A DNA stretch of 64,000 bases, from the NCBI GenBank assembly GCA_965644315.1, contig CBFFRQ010000080.1:186001-250000 (forward strand), given 5' to 3'. The translations under genes were made by a program, and so were the position numbers. Every line of letters begins with the position of its first letter. Position 1 is the first letter of the stretch. The stretch comes from Caecitellus pseudoparvulus (taxonomy: Eukaryota; Protista; Bigyra: Bicosoecida). Shown here piece after piece: positions 58,063-64,000 of the stretch. The notes below the pieces were generated by a model. The model worked only from the letters and a program-made list of their open reading frames with translations. It did no database searches and had not been told where the DNA came from.

Positions 58063-58893
58063 TCAGCTGCGAGTGAGCAACTTTGACACCTGGCTCCAGT
58101 ACTTCTGGTAGTGCCCGTGCAGGTGCAGCAGCGTGGCGGAAGCTGCATCGTCGCCTTCAATGCCAGCCAGCTCCAGCAGCAGAGGCGCCTGCGCCACCAC
58201 GCCCACACCCACGGCACACAGGAAGAAGATGAAAGAAGCGATGCGTCGGCGCAGGACGGCGCCTCTGGCGCGGTCCTCCCACCGCTGCAGCGCCTCGCCG
58301 TCCACGCAGGTGATGCCGATGGTGGAGGCGCGTTTTGAGAAACCGCCCGGGGCCACCACCAGCCCCCTGCTCAGGGGGATGCCGTTCAGCTGCAGCACAG
58401 CCTTGAACTTGGCAACGTCTTCCAGGGGCACGACGCGGGCAGTGTAGTTTTTGCACTCAATGTACGTCTTGAAGATGCGCCCCGCCACCACGTCGATCTC
58501 ACTCAAGTTGCCCTCTGCGTCCTTGAGCATGACGTTGGTGCGCACAGTGGAGCGGCCCTCGGCCCGCAAGATGGCTGCCACGCGTTCCTCCAGTGCTTTC
58601 CCTCGGCGGTAGGCCTTGCGCCCCGCCAGCACTGCCTTGCTGGGTTTGGACCCAGTCAACGCCCGAAAGCCAGAGGCGATGGTGGACTTGCGCCGCGCAG
58701 GACGCCCTCTCGCTGGGGACAAGGACGATGCAGCGGAAGAGATGACACGAATGGGTGAGGAGCTGTGGACCTCCGCGTAACAGGCTGCCCTGGTGGCGAA
58801 AGGAAGCATTGCTACGCAGGCGGCGGGGGTTGGCGTTTCCCGCACCGCCCAGCGTGCAGCCGTCGACAGGAAGGTGCATCGTGCCATTGCCAT
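58063..58893 (-). CDS. Mrr-like PD-(D/E)XK restriction-endonuclease-fold protein with C-terminal transmembrane helix and presequence-like N-terminus
   Basis: GKALEERVAAIL..EG, EIDVV, YIECKNY..V..EDVAKF..GLVVAPGGFSKRA..GITCVDGEAL follows the Mrr_cat pattern. TM helix IASFIFFLCAVGVGVVA. No intron is needed. Confidence 0.8.
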   Translation of the reverse strand: MAMARCTFLSTAARWAVRETPTPAACVAMLPFATRAACYAEVHSSSPIRVISSAASSLSPARGRPARRKSTIASGFRALTGSKPSKAVLAGRKAYRRGKALEERVAAILRAEGRSTVRTNVMLKDAEGNLSEIDVVAGRIFKTYIECKNYTARVVPLEDVAKFKAVLQLNGIPLSRGLVVAPGGFSKRASTIGITCVDGEALQRWEDRARGAVLRRRIASFIFFLCAVGVGVVAQAPLLLELAGIEGDDAASATLLHLHGHYQKYWSQVSKLLTRS

Positions 58894-59250
58894 CTTTGGC
58901 GATCAAGGCCTGGGAATGGTCAAGTTGCAAAAGTCCTTGAGAACAGCCTTGGCTGTGCCGAAGGCCGCAGGGGGTGCGCGTTGGCGAGGACTGCCTCCTG
59001 TGTGTCAAGGTGGTCTGGGCACCTAATTCCGCGCGGCCACCGCGGCGAGCATTGAGTGAGATGGGCGGTGCGGATGGGGCACTGGCAGATACACCTGAGT
59101 TCTCGGCTACTCACAATTTCGCAAGTCGACTCATTTTACCTGTTGCAGTCCAGTGTGCAACGAGTGCACCTCGCCCCGACGGAACTTGCACAGCACAAGT
59201 GCCTTGGCCCAGCGCCACGCACCCTCACACCCTCACACCCTCACCTTACC

Positions 59251-61675
59251 ATGGGCTGTGGGTCCTCCACACCGGCAGAGGATGGCACCTTCTCTGGAGT
59301 GCTGTCTGGGGACCAGTCTCCTTGGGACGCCCTCATGGAGCAGGAGTGGGCTCTCGTGGACAAGGGTGCGTGCCTCGCGGGTGCTTGGCAGCCACTCGCT
59401 GCTCTGCAGCTGCACGACGGCTGGGGGCGGATTCCACACCTCGGACACGAAGTTCCCCGCGACTGATCACAGACAAGAGCGGCTCTCTGGACTTCAAAGA
59501 GGTCAAGACCCTGCTCTTTCACTTGAATGTGAGCGCATGGCGGGGTGGGGTGCGAGCGCCTTGCGAACGGAGCAGCCGCTTGCCGGGCCTTGCAGGTGAA
59601 CATCTCGGACGCGGACGCCAAGGAGCGGTTCAAGAAGTTTGACACGGACGGCAACGGCGACCTGTCCAAGGAGGAGTTCAAAGAGGTGAGGCGTGCAACA
59701 GCGTGCTGCGGTTTTTGGTCCTCACCGCGTTGATGGGCGGCGGTTGCCTGCGCAGTTCTTCAAGACGTGCCAGTCCTTCCCCTCTGAAGAGATCTCCCAC
59801 CTGTTTGGGCGCTTTGCCAAGACCAACCCGAAGTGCCTCCTGCCCGAGGAGCTGTCAGCCTTTTTGATCGAGGGGCAGAAGGAAGCGCCCAGCCCCACCA
59901 ACACTCCCGCTGCCTGTGCCGAGATGATCAAACGCGTGCACACCCTCATGAAGGTGGCTGCAAAGGAGGATGCGACGTCCGGTGCAGCCTCTGCGGGCGC
60001 TGGCGTCGTCGTGCCGTCCCCCCTCGCGCCAGCCACCTCCAAGCCCACTGCGCCGCAGCGGCGGGGCAGCTCCTGGGCCCTGCAAGACCACTCCACCGGC
60101 GTGCCGCCCAACGGCCTGACCCTGGCGCAGTTCACCATGTTCATGGTGGACCGCTCCTTCAACAGCATCGTGTCTGCGGAGCACCAGGCCCAGCACCAGC
60201 CCACCGACCGCCCCCTGAGTCACTACTGGATCTCCTCCTCCCACAACTCGTACTTGCTGGGAGACCAGCTCGCGTCAGCGTCCAGCGCCGACGCCCTGCG
60301 CCGTGCCCTCAGCATGGGCTGCCGTGTGGTGGAGCTGGACACGTACAGCGTCGGCGGGCGCCTCATCATCAAGCACGGCGGCACCATGACCTCCTCTCTG
60401 GACTTCCAGGAGGCCATCCAAGCCATCGCCGAGTACGCCTTCCGCCCCACCAACATCCGCCCCTCCACCTGCCCCGTCATCATCACCATGGAGAACCACT
60501 GCTCCTTCGACATGCAGGGGGAGCAGGCCCGCATCCTGCGGGAGGTGCTGGGAGACCTCCTCTACGTCCCCGCCGCCGAGCCTCGAGCGGAGTACCCCAC
60601 CCTGGGCGAGCTCATGGGCAAGGTCATCATCCGAGACAAGCCCAAGAAGAGCGTGCCGCCGGGAGCCAGCGCAGAGGGCGCACAGGACGCCCGTGCCGCC
60701 CTCGTGGCCATGGCGGAGACGGTGGATGAGGTGGCGGAGGAGGCGGGGGAGGAGGACAGCGTTGCGGGCAGCTCTGCCGCTGGCATGGAGCGGCCTGACT
60801 CGGCGCGCTCCGACGCCACCACGGCGTCGCAGAAGGAGCTCAAGAAGCTCATGCACCCGGACCTGCTGGCGCTGGTGACGGTGCCCAACGTCAAGTTCCC
60901 CGGCCTGGACAAGCTCAGCACACTGACCTTCCCCACCTCCTCCTCCTTCAACGAGGACAAAGTGGAGAAGTATGCCAAGCGGGACCCCGCTGGCCTGCTG
61001 GCGTACACCCAGCGCCACCTCATGCGCACATACCCCCGGGGCACCCGCGTGGACAGCAGCAACTACGACCCCCAGACGGCGTGGGGCGTGGGGGCCCAGG
61101 TCGTCGCGCTGAACTTCCAGCACGACTCCCTGCCTGTGTGGAAGTGCATGGGGTTTTTCACCGCCAACGGTGGCTGTGGCTACGTCCTGAAGCCGCCCAG
61201 CATGCTGTCCACACCGCCCACCTTCGACCCGGGCATGGCCGCCCCTGGACCCTCCTCCGTGCAGGTGCAAGTGAAGGTCATCTCGGGCCACTACTTGCCC
61301 AAGGAGGGCGGCCAGGCTGACACCAAGGGGGAGGTGGTGGACCCCTACGTCACCCTGGCCCTGTCCGGCATCAAGGCGGACTGCGCCATGGCCTCCACGA
61401 AGGAGGTGCGGGACAACGGCTTCAACCCACGCTGGGCGGAGCAGCCCGGCTCCACCATGCGCTTCCGGGTGCTCGCGCCGGAGGTGGCACAGCTCTTCTT
61501 CACCGTCATGGACAAGGACAACATCGGCTCTGATGACGTGCTGGCCTACGGTGGCGTGCCCATGTCTGCCCTGCAGCCAGGCTACCGCGCTGTGCCCCTC
61601 TTCACCAAGCGCTCTGTCCCCCTGCAGCACTCGTACCTGTTCGTGCACGTGGACATCTCGCCCCTGTCGGCGTGA
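59251..61675 (+). CDS. PLC: Phosphoinositide-specific phospholipase C (EF-hands, X, Y, C2; no PH domain) with N-terminal acylation motif; 3 introns
   Basis: MGCGSS start. EF hands DK/DKSGSLDFKE and DTDGNGDLSKEE. X box PLSHYWISSSHNSYLLGDQL..GCRVVELD..HGGTMT..PVIITMENHCS. Y box LMRTYPRGTRVDSSNYDP..QVVALNFQ..NGGCGYVLKP. C2: VDPYV..DNGFNPRW..LQPGYRAVPL. Confidence 0.95.
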
Positions 61676-61901
61676 TGAGGGCAGGGCACACCCCTGCAGC
61701 GCCGCAGCGCCCTCCGCTGACTTTGGGACAACCTCGTGCAGTGCTCTCGTGTCACAAAACGCAATGTCAACTTCTTTCCACATGCCGCCTTTCCTTGCAG
61801 CGGGCCGCTTTTCTTTTCTGTGCTGACGTAGACACAGCCGCACAAACGAGCCCGTGCGCGGATTTTGAAGCTGCCCTGCCGTTGCCGGTTGTCGTGCTGC
61901 C

Positions 61902-62650
61902 ATGACGAGCTACTTCGACGTTGATGCCATTCTGGCAGAGGAGGAACGCATCCCATGCACATTTCGAGTGGATGGCTTCCGGGTGGGGTACCTGGACCCA
62001 TCTGATGAAGACCAAGTGCGTGCGGGGCTGTGGCGTGCTGCCCCTGGCTCGGCGCTCACGACAGGTATCTCCCACGCCCGCCCACGCCTTGCACGCAGGA
62101 TGTCAAGGCTGGGACAGAGCTGGAACTGCCGCTGTGGCTGGCAGAGACACTAGCCGGCCGTCGCATGGTCACTTGCAGCTTCCCCAGGTGCCTGTCCGGG
62201 CCCACCCGCGAAGCCATGCGCGCTGACCCAACTGTCGTGCGCCTGCGAGACCGGTCGCCGTACTTTTACGCTGTGGGGCTGGCCCTCGCGCGCATGGGGT
62301 CCCCTGCTGACGCGGCACAGCTGCCAGCCCTCCTGTGCGCCTCCCTGGCTCTGCGCGGCAGCCTCATCCTGGACACAGCTCACAATTCCCTCGGCGAAGA
62401 CGTGTCAGACTTCGTGAATTCCCTCACCAGTCTCGAACAGCGCCTGTTTTTCCGCGGGTACCGCTGTGCCAAAGCCTTGGCAGGCTGGCGCCGGCGGGAC
62501 ACCACCATCCTGCGCATGTCCGCCCTGGCTCTGGACGCCGGCATCGGGGGGGAGGAGGCCATTGCCGCCGCCAACGCTGACGTCAGCCTCACGGGCGCGC
62601 GCGCCAAGGCGGCAGGCATCAAGCGTCAGAGGAGTGGCATGCGGGTGTAG
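61902..62650 (+). CDS. GINS3: GINS complex subunit 3 (Psf3), 1 intron
   Basis: MTSYFDVDAILAEEERIPCTF..GYLDP/DVKAGTELELPLWLA..ADPTVVRLR..PYFY..FVNSLTSLEQRLF. Confidence 0.92.
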
Positions 62651-62673
62651 GCGGGGGCAGTACATGCATTGCC

Positions 62674-63683
62674 TCAGAGGGCGCCGCTGAAGCAAGCCAC
62701 CGCCAGCCCGGCCAGCACCGCGGTGGCTGCTGTGGTGACAAAGTTCACGCCTTCGTTGCTGAGCACATCCACGCCCGCCACGAGCTTGAATGCGTCTGGG
62801 TTCTCCGCCCACCCGAGAGCCCTCGCACGAGTTGCAGAGACGATGCGGCTCGTCACCTTTTGCAGGACGCTGGCTTGCAGCGTCGCCCCTGCCAGCGAGT
62901 CCAGGAGGGAACCCACCACACCGCAGGAGGTGGCGAGGGGTAGCACCCATGCCTCTGTCCACACACTGTGCAGCCCGCCTGCCAACAGGCAGGTGGCCAG
63001 GAGCCAGGACAGGCCCACCACCGCCCCGCCTGCAGCGGCAGCCAGCGTGCCTGTCGCCGAGACGGCTCCGTTTGTGCCTGGGGGCGCCCGCTTGCACGGG
63101 TTGGTCACCATGACGGGAGGTTGCTTGGAAAGAATGCCCAGCTCGGAGGACCAGGTGTCTCCATTGCATGCCGAGAAAAACCTGTGCACAGCACGGAAGG
63201 GTTTGCCGGGTTCGACATGCGCAGGCAGCGCCTGCAGAGGGCCACCACGCACGCGATGACAAAGGCAGCTGCTGTGCAAGACAGTGGGGATACGTTTGGG
63301 TCCAGTGGGGCTTCTTGGCTCCACCAGTGAGCTGGCAGCCTTTCAGCCTGCGCTGCCCATGCAAAGGCGAGGCTGCCCAAGACACCGATGGCGGAGTTGC
63401 ACAGGACTTGCACCGCGTCGCGCCGCCCCCCTTCCTTGAACTCATCCTCAAGCTTGCGCTTGATCTCCTGCCCCACGCGTGTGATGCGTGAGGCGGTCGC
63501 GTAGAATACAATGAGCGCCCAGCCGGTGCGCCAGGAAGCGGCCATGGAGAGGAACCCCACCACGCCCGCGGCCAGGGCACCGCTGTAGCTGAGAGATGCG
63601 CGCTTAAGACCACGCTGGGCCATGGTGAAGCTGATGGCAGCTGCAGCGAGGCACCGCACCAGCCATGGCAACGACTGCTGCAT
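62674..63683 (-). CDS. TMEM19: TMEM19/DUF92 integral membrane protein, 1 intron
   Basis: SLSYSGALAA..G, FKEGGRRDAVQVLCNS, SACNGDTWSSELG, PPGTNGAVSATG, GSLLDSLAGATLQAS, LSNEGVN. Confidence 0.9.
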
Positions 63684-63780
63684 GGGGCCTAGCTGTGCTC
63701 AACTTCCGCACCACAACGAGGCAGGTCCAGGGAGCATGCACTGCACACTCGGCTAACGTCCACAAAACTACGCCGCCTAG

Positions 63781-64000
63781 CTATCTCAGTTCCATGGCTT
63801 TGGCTGGGATGCTGCCTGAGTCCATGAAATTGTCCAGGGCGCAGGCTTTGGGCAACCGCCTCATCTCAAACAACTCCACGCGCGTGGAGGCTGCGTGCCC
63901 TGCAGCTCGGTAGCCCTGCCCGCAACGGCGCACCATGGCATCCTCTGGACGCTTGAACATTTCGGGCGTGCTGCTGGGTGGTCCTGGCACGGTGAGTCTT
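63781..64000 (-). CDS. Possible 3' end of a gene continuing beyond the window
   Basis: The frame is open from the window edge to TAG at 63781, about 100 bp upstream of the TMEM19 start, which fits the local gene packing. No domain recognised. Confidence 0.3.
   Translation of the reverse strand, partial: RLTVPGPPSSTPEMFKRPEDAMVRRCGQGYRAAGHAASTRVELFEMRRLPKACALDNFMDSGSIPAKAMELR

Noticed and set aside
58063-58893. Mrr-like gene as part of a mobile element or bacterial contamination
   Set aside because: No terminal repeats, transposase or methyltransferase partner is visible. Base composition matches the flanking intron-containing genes, and it carries the same downstream AATGCA motif.
59221-59245. 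Short (ACCCTCAC)x3 repeat before the PLC start, (CACGC)x3 near 3939 and a G-run at about 45492
   Set aside because: These are too short to distinguish from ordinary microsatellite slippage and are not telomeric arrays.

Overview
GC-rich (roughly 65%), very gene-dense eukaryotic nuclear DNA with short GT-AG introns (donors GTGCGT/GTGAGT/GTACGT) and the standard genetic code. Gene content and style suggest a flagellated, phagotrophic protist, possibly a bigyran stramenopile such as a bicosoecid (inference only). About 21-22 protein-coding genes were modelled by eye, mostly as alternating head-to-head and tail-to-tail pairs: DH-PH-FYVE-C2 RhoGEF (runs off the left edge), APC8/CDC23, a 4092-aa PI4K-alpha, FAM228-like, AIP1/WDR1, a hypothetical, a WW-WW-cNMP-GAF-C2-PIK class-I-like PI3K, epsin/epsinR, a 2OG-Fe(II) oxygenase, a membrane hypothetical, a myosin with IQ-ankyrin-3xWW tail, HemK, a motor-less WW-WW-MyTH4-FERM protein, a signal-peptide JmjC protein, an ABCC transporter, a 4xAP2 protein with a mitochondrial-type presequence, FAM184, a membrane-anchored Mrr-like PD-(D/E)XK nuclease, an acylated PI-PLC, GINS Psf3 and TMEM19. 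The main points of interest are (1) the PI3K fused to cyclic-nucleotide-type sensor domains, (2) eight phosphoinositide/actin/endocytosis genes in one window, three sharing WW domains, (3) the apparently mitochondrion-targeted AP2 protein and nuclease, and (4) a recurrent AATGCA hexamer after stop codons, a candidate lineage-specific poly(A) signal. No rRNA, tRNA, CRISPR array or mobile element could be supported. No searches were run, so novelty claims are unverified.
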